A stretch of DNA of 64,000 bases from an uncultured Acidovorax sp. (GCA_913774955.1 CAJYKV010000007.1:333693-397692); one strand, 5' to 3'; numbered from the stretch's first letter, positions 40,115-50,555 are shown. Notes: a model not told the origin generated them from the sequence alone. Translations and numbers: made by a program.

Positions 40115-41886
40115 GGGGTTTCCGTGGCGAGTTGGTTCAATACGTGGGTGAAGGCATCGACGGCCAGCTGCATGTCGTCGGCGGTGGTGGATTCCAGCGG
40201 GTTGTGGCTGATGCCGCCGTTCAGGCCGCGTGTGAACAGCATGGCCTGGGGCATGATCTCGTGCAGCTTCATGGCGTCGTGGCCGGCGCCGCTGGGCATG
40301 CGGAAGACGGGGAGGCCCAGCGCTTCCACCGCGCGCTCCCAGCGCTGCTGCAGCGCCGGCGCGCTGGGCGCCGCGGCGGCCTTCATGGCCTGTTCGGCCT
40401 TGTAGGCCAGGCCCCGGCGCCGCGCGATGGCGTCCAGTTCGGCCAGCACGTCGCGCTCCAGCGCATCGCGCTGCGGGTCGGTGGGCGCGCGCAGGTCCAG
40501 GCTGAAGAGGCAGCGGCCGGGCACCACGTTGATGGAGCCGCTGGGCACCTGCAGCTGGCCGATGGTGCCAACCGAGTCGCCATCCTGCGCGGCGCGCTTT
40601 TCCACGTAGAGGGCCAGCTCGGCCACGCCCACGGCGGCATCGCGGCGGCGGTCCATGGGCGTGGTGCCGGCGTGGCTGGCCATGCCGGTCATCTCGCACA
40701 CGTGGCGCACGCCGCCGTTGATGGAGGTGACCACGCCCAGTGGGATGTCCAGCTCGTTGAGCACCGGGCCCTGTTCGATGTGGACCTCGATGAAGCCCAG
40801 GTAGCGGGCCGCGTCGCGGCGCAGCCTGGGGATGTCGTCGATGCACAGGCCCGCGTGCTGCATGGCCTCGCGCATGGTGATGCCGTCCGCGTCCTGCTGG
40901 TCGAGCCAGGCGTTGTTGAAGTGGCCGATGAGCGCGCCCGAGCCCAGGAAGGTGGCCTTGTAGCGCTGGCCTTCTTCCTCGGCGAAGCCGACCACCTCGA
41001 TGCCGAAGGGCAGGCGGCGGCCGGCGCGGTGCAGCTCGCGCACGCAGGCCATGGGCACGAAGATGCCGAGGCGCCCGTCGTACTTGCCGCCGTTGCGCAC
41101 GGTGTCGTAGTGCGATCCCGTCATCAGGATCTTCGCGTCGGGCGTGGCGCCGTGGTAGCGGCCCACCACGTTGCCCACCGCATCCACCTCGACCTCGTCG
41201 AAGCCGCAGTCGCGCATCCAGTGGCTGATGCGCTGGGCGCAGGCGCGGTGCGCGTCGGTGAGGTAGGTGACGGTGAGCTGGCCGAGTTCGGCGAAGCCCG
41301 GGTCGCTGTGCGCGGCCAGCCTTTCCTGCCAGTCCCACACGTCGTTGCCCAGCGTGGGCTCGTGGCCGAACTTGTCGTTCAGGCGGATCTCGGCGATGCG
41401 GTGGATGTTGCGCAGCGCCTCGGCCATCTCGAAGTCCACCGGGTTGCCCAGGCGGCGGGCGAAGGTGTCGATGATTTCCTGCCTGGGCAGGCCCGTGCCG
41501 CGCGGCCCGCGCACGGCCAGGATGAACGGGAAGCCGAAGCGCGCGTTGTAGTCGGCATTGAGCTGCTGAATGCGCGCGAATTCTTCGGGCGTGCAGTGCG
41601 TGAGGCCGGCCTTGTTCTGCTCGTTCGCCGATTCGGCGGTGAGCGCCCGGGCCACCATGGCCTTGCCGGCCAGCTCGGGGTGGGCGCGGATCAGCCCCAG
41701 CTGGGCTTCCTGCGGCGCCTGCGCCAGCGCCCGCACCATGGCATATTTCAGCTGCGCGAGGGAGCGGAAGGGCCGCTCGGCCAGCGCGGCTTCGGCGATC
41801 CAGGGCGAATGCTCGTAGAGCCCGTCCAGCAGCGCCAGGGCTTCCGGCAGCGGCGCGGCGTTGAGTTGTTCCAGCGTCAGTGGCAT
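40111..41886 (-). CDS. uraD: OHCU decarboxylase fused to allantoate amidohydrolase-like M20 domain
   Basis: N-terminal YEHSPW, HPELAG, FGFPFILAV (UraD); C-terminal GSHYDTV.NGG.YDG.LG, EVHIEQGPVL, SGAGHDA. Confidence 0.92.
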   Translation of the reverse strand: MPLTLEQLNAAPLPEALALLDGLYEHSPWIAEAALAERPFRSLAQLKYAMVRALAQAPQEAQLGLIRAHPELAGKAMVARALTAESANEQNKAGLTHCTPEEFARIQQLNADYNARFGFPFILAVRGPRGTGLPRQEIIDTFARRLGNPVDFEMAEALRNIHRIAEIRLNDKFGHEPTLGNDVWDWQERLAAHSDPGFAELGQLTVTYLTDAHRACAQRISHWMRDCGFDEVEVDAVGNVVGRYHGATPDAKILMTGSHYDTVRNGGKYDGRLGIFVPMACVRELHRAGRRLPFGIEVVGFAEEEGQRYKATFLGSGALIGHFNNAWLDQQDADGITMREAMQHAGLCIDDIPRLRRDAARYLGFIEVHIEQGPVLNELDIPLGVVTSINGGVRHVCEMTGMASHAGTTPMDRRRDAAVGVAELALYVEKRAAQDGDSVGTIGQLQVPSGSINVVPGRCLFSLDLRAPTDPQRDALERDVLAELDAIARRRGLAYKAEQAMKAAAAPSAPALQQRWERAVEALGLPVFRMPSGAGHDAMKLHEIMPQAMLFTRGLNGGISHNPLESTTADDMQLAVDAFTHVLNQLATETP

Positions 41887-41963
41887 GGGTTTCTTGCTCC
41901 TGAAAAGTGAGCGGATGGCGCGTGCGGGAAGCGCGCCAGGGCCGATCGGGCTTGAGAGTGCGC

Positions 41964-42926
41964 TCAGATGGCGGGCGCGGGATGGTGCTGCGCCCAGTGC
42001 TGCGCCAGGTCGAGCCGGCGGCACACCCACACCTTGTCGTGCTTCTGGATGTGGTCCAGGAAGCGCTGCAGCGCGGTGATGCGGCCGGGCCGGCCCAGCA
42101 GGCGGCAGTGCATGCCGATGCTCATCATCTTCGGAGCGTCGTCGCCGGCCGGATCGCCTTCGGCGTAGAGCGCGTCGAAGGTGTCCTTCATGTACTGGAA
42201 GAACGGGTCGGCGTGCGAGTAGCCCTGCGGCAGCGCGAAGCGCATGTCGTTGCAGTCGAGCGTGTAGGGCACGATGAGCTGCGTGGCGTCGGTGCCGTCG
42301 GTCTTCTTCACCTTCATCCATAACGGCAGGTCGTCGCCGTAGTAGTCGCTGTCGTAGGCGAAGCCGCCGTAGTCGGCCACGAGGCGGCGGGTGTTGGGGC
42401 TGTCGCGGCCGGTGTACCACCCCAGCGGCCGGCTGCCGGTGAGGCGGGTGAGGATGTCCATGGCTTCGGCCATGTGGGCGCGCTCCACGTCTTCGGGCAC
42501 GTTCTGGTAGTGGATCCACTTCAGGCCATGGCAGGCGATGTCGTGGCCCAGTTCGCCGAAGGCCGCGGCCACGTCGGGATGGCGCTGCAGCGCGGTGGCC
42601 ACGCCGAACACGGTGAGCGGCAGGCCGCGGCGCTCGAACTCGCGCAGCAGGCGCCACACGCCCGCGCGCGAGCCGTATTCGTAGATGCCTTCCATGCTGA
42701 TGTGGCGGTCGGGGTAGCTCGCCGGGTTGAACATCTCCGAGAGGAACTGCTCGCTGCCCGCATCGCCGTGCAGCGTCGCGTTTTCGCCGCCTTCCTCGTA
42801 GTTCAGCACGAACTGCACGGCGATGCGCGCTCCGCCGGGCCAGCGGGCATGCGGCGGGTTGCGGCCGTAGCCTGCGAGGTCGCGCGGGTAGGGCAGGGTG
42901 GCGTCGTAGAGCGGCGATGCGGTCAT
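41964..42926 (-). CDS. puuE: Allantoinase PuuE (polysaccharide deacetylase fold)
   Basis: YPRDLAGYG, LNYEEGGE, YEYGSRAG, MMSIGMHCR. Confidence 0.95.
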   Translation of the reverse strand: MTASPLYDATLPYPRDLAGYGRNPPHARWPGGARIAVQFVLNYEEGGENATLHGDAGSEQFLSEMFNPASYPDRHISMEGIYEYGSRAGVWRLLREFERRGLPLTVFGVATALQRHPDVAAAFGELGHDIACHGLKWIHYQNVPEDVERAHMAEAMDILTRLTGSRPLGWYTGRDSPNTRRLVADYGGFAYDSDYYGDDLPLWMKVKKTDGTDATQLIVPYTLDCNDMRFALPQGYSHADPFFQYMKDTFDALYAEGDPAGDDAPKMMSIGMHCRLLGRPGRITALQRFLDHIQKHDKVWVCRRLDLAQHWAQHHPAPAI

Positions 42927-42958
42927 GTCGGTGGATCGGCAGGGATGGGGGAAGGGGT

Positions 42959-43624
42959 TCAGGACAGCGCGCGGGAGAGTTCGTTGGGCGGGTGCGCGCG
43001 GTCGAAGGCCAGGCTGGCTTCCACATGGCGCAGGTGCTCGTCCATGAGGCGCACGGCCAGGTCGGCGTCGCGGGCGGCCAGCGCCTTGACGATGTGGCCA
43101 TGCTCTTCGTGCGAATGGGCGGCCTCGGCGGCGCTCTGGTACATGAGGGTGATCAGCGCGCAGCGCGAGATCAGCTCGCCCAGCAGCTGTGCGAGCACCT
43201 CATTGCCCATGAGTTCGGCCATGCGCACATGGAAGTCGCCCAGCAGTTCGGTGCGGCCCGGCACGTCGGCCTGCTCCACCGCCTGCTGCTCGCGCGCCAC
43301 GTGCTCGCGCAGGGCGCGGATGCGCGCGGGCGTCACCTCGCGCACGAAGGCACGCGTCATCTCGGCCTCGAGCATGCGGCGCACGGCGAACACCTGCCGG
43401 GCCTCCTCGGCCGAAGGTGCCGCCACGAAGGCGCCGCGCGCGGGTTCCAGCGTGACGAGCCGGTTCTGCGAGAGCTGGAAGAGCGCCTGCCGCACCAGCG
43501 TGCGCGACACGCCGAAATGGTCGGCGAGCTTCTGCTCGGCCAGCTTGGCGCCGGGCTGCAGACGGTGCTCCACGATGGCCTTGGTCAGGCTCGCGACGAT
43601 GGCGCTGGTGGTGGAAGTCTCCAT
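42959..43624 (-). CDS. GntR (FadR subfamily) regulator
   Basis: LAEQKLADHFGVSRTLVR HTH; FHVRMA. Confidence 0.92.
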   Translation of the reverse strand: METSTTSAIVASLTKAIVEHRLQPGAKLAEQKLADHFGVSRTLVRQALFQLSQNRLVTLEPARGAFVAAPSAEEARQVFAVRRMLEAEMTRAFVREVTPARIRALREHVAREQQAVEQADVPGRTELLGDFHVRMAELMGNEVLAQLLGELISRCALITLMYQSAAEAAHSHEEHGHIVKALAARDADLAVRLMDEHLRHVEASLAFDRAHPPNELSRALS

Positions 43625-43751
43625 CGGTCCATGATAGCCGCCATGGCCGGATTTTGTATGCAGTTTTTGTGCACCATGGTGGGGATCGGCATCGGGGCAT
43701 ACCCGCACCGGGGCAGTGCGCGCAGCGGCCGCCTTGCGCCAGAATCCGCGC

Positions 43752-45098
43752 ATGACTTCCACCCCCACGCCATCCGCCGCCGCTCCCTCTCCGGTTCCCG
43801 ATCCCGCCGCCGAGCCCGCGCGCTTTCTGCTCCACCTCTACGACGTGGCGGTGCGTGCGGCCCTGCCCTCGGTGCGCATGGCGGCCCGCCTGCCCGCGCC
43901 GCCCAGGGGCCGCACGGTGGTGCTGGGAGCGGGCAAGGCGGGGGCGTCGATGGTGCATGCGCTGGAGTCGCTGTGGCCTGCGGCGGCGCCGCTCTCCGGG
44001 CTCGTCGTCACGCGCTACGGCCACGTGCCGCCGCGGCCCGAGGGAACAGCCGCGCGCGTGGAGATCGTGGAGGCCGCGCACCCGGTGCCGGACGCGGCGG
44101 GCGAGGCGGCGGCGCGGCGCATGCTGGAGATGGTGCAGGGGCTGACCGCCGACGATCTCGTGCTTTGCCTGATGTCAGGCGGGGGCTCCGCGCTGCTCAC
44201 GCTGCCGGCCGAAGGCCTGTCCCTGGAGGAAAAGCAGCGCATCAACCGGGCCCTGCTGGAGAGCGGCGCGGGCATCGCGGACATGAACTGCGTGCGCAAG
44301 CACCTCTCGCGCATCAAGGGCGGGCGGCTGGCCGCCGCCTGCGCACCCGCGCGCGTGGTGACGCTCGCGATCAGCGACGTGCCGGGCGACGATCCGGCCG
44401 TGATCGCCAGCGGCCCCACCGTGCCCGACGCGACGACCTGCGCCGATGCGCTGCGCATCCTGGACCGCCACGGCATCGGCCTGCCGCCGGTCGTGCGCGC
44501 GGCGCTGGCGGCCGGAGCGCTGGAAACGCCCAAGCCCGTGCCGGGGCAGGCGCCGGACGTGCACCTGATCGCCACGCCGCGGCAGTCGCTGGAGGCGGCG
44601 GCCGCGGCGGCACGCTCCGCGGGCCTGCCGGTGCACCTGCTGTCGGACGAGATGGAGGGCGAATCGCGCGAAGTGGGTGTCGTGCATGCCGCGCTCGCCC
44701 GCTCGGTGGCGCGGCACGGCGCTCCGTTCGCGCGGCCCTGCGTCATCCTCTCGGGCGGCGAGACCACGGTGACCGTGCGGGAGCGCGCGCCGGGCGCGGT
44801 GCGCGGACGGGGCGGGCGCGCCGGGGAGTTCTGCCTCGGGCTGGCGCGCGCGCTGCAGGGCCAGGAGGGCGTCTGGGCACTGGCGGCCGATACCGACGGC
44901 ATCGACGGCCTGGAGGACAACGCGGGCGCGCGGGTGGCGCCGGACACGCTCACCCGCGCGGCGGCGGCGGGCCTGCGCGTGGACGAGCACCTGGCGCGCA
45001 ACGACGCCTACGGCTTTTTCGAGGCGCTCGGCGACCTGGTCGTCACCGGACCGACGCACACGAACGTGAACGACTTCCGTGCCCTGCTGGTGCTGTAG
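43752..45098 (+). CDS. Glycerate 2-kinase / MOFRL family
   Basis: GAGKAG, SGGGSAL, ISDVPGD, SGGETTV, DTDGIDG, TNVNDFR. Confidence 0.93.
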   Translation: MTSTPTPSAAAPSPVPDPAAEPARFLLHLYDVAVRAALPSVRMAARLPAPPRGRTVVLGAGKAGASMVHALESLWPAAAPLSGLVVTRYGHVPPRPEGTAARVEIVEAAHPVPDAAGEAAARRMLEMVQGLTADDLVLCLMSGGGSALLTLPAEGLSLEEKQRINRALLESGAGIADMNCVRKHLSRIKGGRLAAACAPARVVTLAISDVPGDDPAVIASGPTVPDATTCADALRILDRHGIGLPPVVRAALAAGALETPKPVPGQAPDVHLIATPRQSLEAAAAAARSAGLPVHLLSDEMEGESREVGVVHAALARSVARHGAPFARPCVILSGGETTVTVRERAPGAVRGRGGRAGEFCLGLARALQGQEGVWALAADTDGIDGLEDNAGARVAPDTLTRAAAAGLRVDEHLARNDAYGFFEALGDLVVTGPTHTNVNDFRALLVL

Positions 45099-45160
45099 CA
45101 GGAGCTTTTCCCCGAGGGCGCGGCGGGAAGGGGCGCGAGATGTCCCCGGTGTACGCGACC

Positions 45161-46312
45161 CTACGCCAGGGGATCGACCACGAAGGCCGGCAGCGGCACC
45201 TGGGCCTGCAGGCTGCGCCGATAGCAGTCGGCCACGTCCAGCGCTTCGGCGATCGTCACGTGCATGTCGACGTAGCGGTAGGTGCCCAGCCGTCCGAGGA
45301 AGGTGACTCCATTTTCGTCCCTGGCACGCTCCACGTAGTGCGCCAGGAGCGCCTTTTCCGCGACGAGCCGGATGGGATAGTAGGGTGTGTCGTCGGGCCC
45401 GCAGAAGCGGCTGTATTCCTTGAAGGTCACCGTTTTCGCATGCTGCTCCCAGGGCGCGAAGTGTTTGTGCTCCGAGATGCGCGTCCAGGGCACGGACGCA
45501 TCGCAGTAATTGATGACCGCGTTGCCCTGGTGGTCGCCCTCATGGTCCTCGCGCTCGAAATCCAGCGTGCGGTAGCCCAGTCGGCCCGCGTCATGGCCGA
45601 ACCACGCGTCGAGCGGCCCGCTGCAGAAGACGTGGTCGTAGTCCGCCGCCTGCGACCGCTCGAAACGCGTGCCCAGGTGCACCTCCACGTTCGGCAGATC
45701 GAGCAGGTTCTCGACGACGGCGGTGTAGCCGTCGCGGGGAATGCCCTGGAATCTGCTGTTGTAGTAGTTGTCGTCGTAGTTGAACCGCACCGGCAGACGC
45801 TGGAGGATGCTGGCCGGCAGCGCCGAGGGCGGCATGCCCCACTGCTTGGTGGTGTAGCCCTCGAAGAAGGCCTCGTAGAGCTTGCGGCCCATCAGCGCCA
45901 GCGCCTGCTCCTCGAAATTGGCGGGGGCGTGCTCGGTCTTCTCGCCGATGTCCTCGAAGAACGCCGCGGCCTGCGCGGGCGAGAACGTGTTGCCGGTGAA
46001 CTGGTTGATGGTCAGCAGGTTGAGCGGCAGCGAGAACACGCGGCCGCCGGTGATCGCCTTCACGCGGTTCACGAACGGCATGAATTCACCGAACCTGCGA
46101 ACGTAGTCCCACACGCGCTCATTGCTCGTGTGGAAGATGTGCGGGCCGTAGGTGTGGAGCATCACGCCGCTGGCCGCGTCGCGGGCGGTATGGCAGTTGC
46201 CCGCGACGTGCGGCCGCGTGTCGAAGACGTCGACGCGGTGGCCCGCGCGGCCCAGTTCCTGGGCGAGGACCGCGCCGGAGAAGCCGGCGCCAGCGATGGC
46301 GATATGGGTCAT
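45161..46312 (-). CDS. glf: UDP-galactopyranose mutase
   Basis: IAGAGFSG, AGNCH, YGPHIFHT, YYP, GRLGTYRY.DM. Confidence 0.95.
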   Translation of the reverse strand: MTHIAIAGAGFSGAVLAQELGRAGHRVDVFDTRPHVAGNCHTARDAASGVMLHTYGPHIFHTSNERVWDYVRRFGEFMPFVNRVKAITGGRVFSLPLNLLTINQFTGNTFSPAQAAAFFEDIGEKTEHAPANFEEQALALMGRKLYEAFFEGYTTKQWGMPPSALPASILQRLPVRFNYDDNYYNSRFQGIPRDGYTAVVENLLDLPNVEVHLGTRFERSQAADYDHVFCSGPLDAWFGHDAGRLGYRTLDFEREDHEGDHQGNAVINYCDASVPWTRISEHKHFAPWEQHAKTVTFKEYSRFCGPDDTPYYPIRLVAEKALLAHYVERARDENGVTFLGRLGTYRYVDMHVTIAEALDVADCYRRSLQAQVPLPAFVVDPLA

Positions 46313-46353
46313 GGGATGGGGTCGGGGATGGTGCGGGCCTGCATGCAGCCGGT

Positions 46354-48741
46354 TCAGGCCACGGGAATGGCGACCGGTTTCGCCGTGGTGGCCGCCGTGA
46401 ATGCCGGCCGCCACTGCGGTCTCGCCGGCCGGGAAGCGGGGCCGTCGAAGCGCTCGAGCAGGACATGCATCGCGCCCGACGTGAGGTCCCACGACGTGGC
46501 GGCCACCACGGCCGCCGCCGCGGCCCGGAAAGCCGCCTGCTCCTGCGGCGTGCGCGCCAGGACGGCCTCGCAGGCAGCCACGAATTCCCCGGCCGACGCG
46601 GCGATCGGCACCACGGCGGCGTACTGCTGCGCCACGTCCCGCACCGGCGTGCTGACGACCGGCTTGCCGGCGGCCAGGTACTCCAGGGTCTTGGTCGGGC
46701 TGATGAAGCGCGTGGAGGCATTCAGCGCGAACGGCATCAGGCACGCGTCCCAGCCCGCGAGGAACGCCGGCAGTTCGTCGTAGCGCCGCTGGCCCATCCA
46801 GTGCAGGTTGGCGCGGCGCGGCAGCCGGGCCGGGTCCAGCTTGGCCACGGGGCCCACCATCACGATCTGCCATTCCGGGTGCGCGTCCGCAAGGGCCTCC
46901 ACCAGCGCGAGGTCGAGCCGCTCGTCGATCACGCCGTAGTAGCCCAGGCGCGGACCCGCGAGGGCCGCCTGTTCGGAATGGTCCGCGACGCCGCGCCGGC
47001 CGAAATGCGCATGGTCCACGCTGCTCGGGAAGCAGTGCACCTCCGGATGCCTGCCGCGCTTGGATTCGTAGAGACTCCGCCCGCCGGTGAACACCAGGTC
47101 CACCATGCCGAACAGCGCTTCTTCGCGGGCGATCAGGGCCGGCGGGGCGAAATCGAAGGCCGCGAGTTCGTCCATGCAGTCGTAGACGCTGCCGCGCGGA
47201 GCCAGCCCCCGCGCCAGGGGAAGGGCCATGGGGGTGTAGAACCAGAGGAGGTATTCATCGATGCCCCGGTCGCTCAGGTGCTGCGCGAGCATGGCGCGCA
47301 TCCCGTCGATGTGCTCGTCGGCGAAGCCGGCGGCGCGGCCCGGCATGTGCATCCGCAGCACCTCCACCCCGGCGCACGGGCTGTAGCGCTCGAGCCGGGG
47401 TCGATCCGCACCGGGCACCGGTTCCTCCACGAAGAGCACCGGGCGGCCGGCGGCCAGGCGGGACATCAGCTGCTGCGGCCGCTGATAGACGAAGTCCCAG
47501 CGCAAGTGGGAGAAGACGATGAGAGGGGTCATGGGGGTGTCCGTTGGAGAGCCGGTGAAAGGAAGAGAGGGGGCGTCGAGCGCCTTCCGCCAGTGCCGCA
47601 ATCGCTCGGCATAGGGAAGGCAGAGGGAGCGCGTGCTGTCGGCGGCGTCGGCGCCGGGGACGTCCCACAACCCGCTGTGGTGCCAGTGGCTGCCATCCTG
47701 CCAATCCGGCCGGTCGATGAGTGGATACAGGCACAGTCCCGCGATCGGAATGCCGCGCGACCTGCAGTCGGCGACCTGCGCCGCCATGTCGTCGAGCCAG
47801 GCCCCGCGGCCTTCGCCGACGTGTCCCGTCTCGGAGATGCACAGCGGCCTGCCGTACCGGCGCCACAGCGTGTCGGCCAACTCGCGGAAAGGGCGCCTGC
47901 GGCGGTCCTGCAGGTGCCAGTGCAGCCGGGCGTGGGAGCCTTGCTCCCATTGGTTGTTGTGGTAGTAGTTGATGCCTATCAGGTCCAGGTAGCACGGCGC
48001 ACCGCCCAGTTCGGGCGCCGTGCGCCCGCAGAGCATGTCCCAGGCCTCGAACTGGCTGGCGGTCTCCCGTGCTGCCGCCTCGCTGACCTCGGGACCGGCG
48101 CCGAGCGGCGGCTCGACGTGGATGGCCGGGTCGGTGTGCACGATGCGCGCGCCGGGTGCGACGGACCACAGGGCGTCGATGCCGCGCAGCGCCGCCCCTA
48201 CCAGGGTCTGCTTGAGCTCGGTGCCCCTTTCGGGCGCCGGGGGCCGGCAGGGTTGGATCAGGTCCGTGCTGGTGGCGGCCCAGGCGAGGAAGGAGATCTC
48301 GTTGACCGGCTGGTAGACGGGAGGCGGGCCGTCGATGTCCGCGATCAGTTCGGCGACCAGCCTGCAGTGCCACGAAAACGCATCGATGAATTGCCCGGGC
48401 CGGGCCAGCGGATCCAGCCGCTCCGGCCAGCCGTAGTGCATCAGGCTCCACACCACCTGCACCCCGTGGGATGCGGCCGCGCGCGCTTGTGCCTGCAGCG
48501 ACAGCATGGCCGCCGCGCCGCCTGTCTCGAAAATCCGCCACCCTATGCTCTCCCGGACGACATGCAGGCCCAGGCGTTTCGCTGCCGCGTAGTCTTCCGC
48601 GAACCGGACCGCATGTCCGTTGCGCACGTTCGGGTCCAGCGGCTGCCCATGGCCGTTGACGTGGTCGGCGCCTTCGAACCCGCCCATCCAGAACCCGAGG
48701 AAGGGTGAGGCATCGGGGCCGTGTCCTGCGGCAGGGGACAT
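46354..48741 (-). CDS. GH1-like beta-glycosidase domain fused to glycosyltransferase
   Basis: N-terminal FWMGGFEG, PVNEIS, ISETG; from ATG 47532 FSHLRWDFVYQRPQ, GYYGVIDER, SPTKTLEYLAAGKPVVST; no stop between. Confidence 0.82.
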   Translation of the reverse strand: MSPAAGHGPDASPFLGFWMGGFEGADHVNGHGQPLDPNVRNGHAVRFAEDYAAAKRLGLHVVRESIGWRIFETGGAAAMLSLQAQARAAASHGVQVVWSLMHYGWPERLDPLARPGQFIDAFSWHCRLVAELIADIDGPPPVYQPVNEISFLAWAATSTDLIQPCRPPAPERGTELKQTLVGAALRGIDALWSVAPGARIVHTDPAIHVEPPLGAGPEVSEAAARETASQFEAWDMLCGRTAPELGGAPCYLDLIGINYYHNNQWEQGSHARLHWHLQDRRRRPFRELADTLWRRYGRPLCISETGHVGEGRGAWLDDMAAQVADCRSRGIPIAGLCLYPLIDRPDWQDGSHWHHSGLWDVPGADAADSTRSLCLPYAERLRHWRKALDAPSLPFTGSPTDTPMTPLIVFSHLRWDFVYQRPQQLMSRLAAGRPVLFVEEPVPGADRPRLERYSPCAGVEVLRMHMPGRAAGFADEHIDGMRAMLAQHLSDRGIDEYLLWFYTPMALPLARGLAPRGSVYDCMDELAAFDFAPPALIAREEALFGMVDLVFTGGRSLYESKRGRHPEVHCFPSSVDHAHFGRRGVADHSEQAALAGPRLGYYGVIDERLDLALVEALADAHPEWQIVMVGPVAKLDPARLPRRANLHWMGQRRYDELPAFLAGWDACLMPFALNASTRFISPTKTLEYLAAGKPVVSTPVRDVAQQYAAVVPIAASAGEFVAACEAVLARTPQEQAAFRAAAAAVVAATSWDLTSGAMHVLLERFDGPASRPARPQWRPAFTAATTAKPVAIPVA

Positions 48742-48760
48742 GGTGATGATGCCGGTGCGC

Positions 48761-49255
48761 TCAGCGATCCGTGGCCTCTTCGATCGCCGCGGCCTGGCCC
48801 AGCATGCCGAGCCGCTCGTCCGTCGCTTTCTCTTCCGCCAGCGACGCCTGGAGCAGCGGTACCGCGCCCTCGTAGCCGAGCTTGGTCGCCAGCAGCACGA
48901 GGGTGGTGTAGCTCGCGATCTCGTAGTGTTCCGCCCGCTGTCCGGCGCCGATCAGCGCGACGTCGAGCACGGGGCCCTTGGCGATTCCCTCGATCAGGTC
49001 GTTGCCTTCCTCGACCAGGCCTTCCATCGCCGCGCACTTGACGCGCTTGAGCTTGAGGCCGGCCACCGCCACCAGTTCATCGATGCGCTCGACCTGGCCG
49101 CGGGTTTCCTCCAGATGGTCGAGGAACGCCTGCGAAAGCTCTTCGGACGTGGCAGCCCGCGCCATTTTCGGCAGCGAGCGGGTCATCTGCTTTTCTGCGC
49201 TGTAGGTGTCCGACAGCTCGTGGATGAAAAGGTCTGCGACGGTTTTGATGGCCAT
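48761..49255 (-). CDS. Ferritin-like DUF892 (YciE/YciF) protein
   Basis: ELSDTYSAEKQ, HLEET, EHYEIASY, EEKATD. Confidence 0.92.
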   Translation of the reverse strand: MAIKTVADLFIHELSDTYSAEKQMTRSLPKMARAATSEELSQAFLDHLEETRGQVERIDELVAVAGLKLKRVKCAAMEGLVEEGNDLIEGIAKGPVLDVALIGAGQRAEHYEIASYTTLVLLATKLGYEGAVPLLQASLAEEKATDERLGMLGQAAAIEEATDR

Positions 49256-49566
49256 GGTGTTTTTTCCTTGAAGTGAAAAACCATGGTGCGCCCTGCCGCA
49301 TGGCCAGGACCGTGGGACAGCACGCCGCATACAGATGGCGGCCGGGGCGGGCCGGCGCTTGGGCCGGCATCCGGGCAGCACGGCAGCTGCGTAGGACGGC
49401 GAGCACGCGGGGACAGGCGTAATTGCTGCACTGCCGCAGGGGACGGACGTCCATAGTGGGGCGGAGGCCGGGCGTCGAAGGCCACGGCGCATCGGCTTGC
49501 GCCGCACCGGCGGAGCCGCGCACAGCGCCCGGGGGGCGCGCCAGCGAACAATGACGGAAAGCACGA

Positions 49567-50532
49567 ATGATCGAAATTCCCACCCTCACGGCAGATGCCG
49601 CCAGGTCCCAGTACCTTGTCCCGTTGCCGTATACCCTGCCTGACCATATGGACGCCGAACAGTGGACACGCGGGACGTTTTCGCACCGCGGCCGCACGAT
49701 CGCGTACTGGCTGTACCTTCCAAAGCGCACGGAAGACGCACCGGAATGCCCGCTGGTGGTCATGCTCCACGGCTGCGGCCAGGATGCCGGCGATTTCGCG
49801 GCCGGCACGCAAATGCATGTCCACTCGGGCGGGGCCGGGGTGGCGGTGCTCTACCCGGAACAGGCGCAATGGGACAACGCGTACCGGTGCTGGAACTGGT
49901 ACAAGCCGCAGCACCAGGCACGGGATGGAGGCGAGCCCGCCCTGCTGGCTGCGCTGGCGCTGTCGGTCGCCCGGGAACACCGGGTGGACCGGTCACGCAT
50001 GTTCGTGGCGGGACTGTCGGCCGGCGGCGCCATGGCGGACATCCTCGGACGCGGCTACCCTGACATCTTTGCCGCCGTGGGCGTGCATTCCGGCCTGCGT
50101 GCGGGCGCGGCGAGGGATGCGATGTCGGCGCTCTCCGTGATGCGCAGTGGAAGCCCCGGAGCCGGCGGGGCCGCGGGCCGCGGATGCGCGGTGCCGACGA
50201 TCGTTTTCCACGGCGATGGCGACACGACCGTGCACCCCGGCAATGGCTGCGCCGTCGTCGACGCGGCGGTGAAGGCCCACGAGAGCGAAACCCTGCAGGC
50301 CCTGTTTCCGCAGGCATCGGCGGGTGTCTCGGTGCGGGGCCGGAAGTTCACCCGAACGGTCTACCAGGACGGCATGGGGCGCTGCGGCGCCGAGCTGTGG
50401 GAACTCCACGGCACGGGCCACGCGTGGTCCGGCGGCAACGGGCAGGGCTCCTTCACCGACACGGACGGGGTGGATGCCAGCGCGGAAATGCTGCGGTTCT
50501 TTCTCGCCCACCCGATGCCGGCCGTGGCCTGA
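49567..50532 (+). CDS. PHB depolymerase family esterase
   Basis: VVMLHGCGQ, CWNW, GLSAGG, FHGDGD, GHAWSGG. Confidence 0.9.
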   Translation: MIEIPTLTADAARSQYLVPLPYTLPDHMDAEQWTRGTFSHRGRTIAYWLYLPKRTEDAPECPLVVMLHGCGQDAGDFAAGTQMHVHSGGAGVAVLYPEQAQWDNAYRCWNWYKPQHQARDGGEPALLAALALSVAREHRVDRSRMFVAGLSAGGAMADILGRGYPDIFAAVGVHSGLRAGAARDAMSALSVMRSGSPGAGGAAGRGCAVPTIVFHGDGDTTVHPGNGCAVVDAAVKAHESETLQALFPQASAGVSVRGRKFTRTVYQDGMGRCGAELWELHGTGHAWSGGNGQGSFTDTDGVDASAEMLRFFLAHPMPAVA

Positions 50533-50555
50533 CGGCGGCAGGGCGCCGCCCTGCG

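Noticed and set aside
42917-46783. 1288-aa ORF and other very long Arg/Ala/Gly-rich ORFs (e.g. 23439..26078, 29576..31903, 56001..58388)
   Set aside because: Antisense or off-frame shadows of real genes, expected in DNA of about 70% GC; no domain motifs
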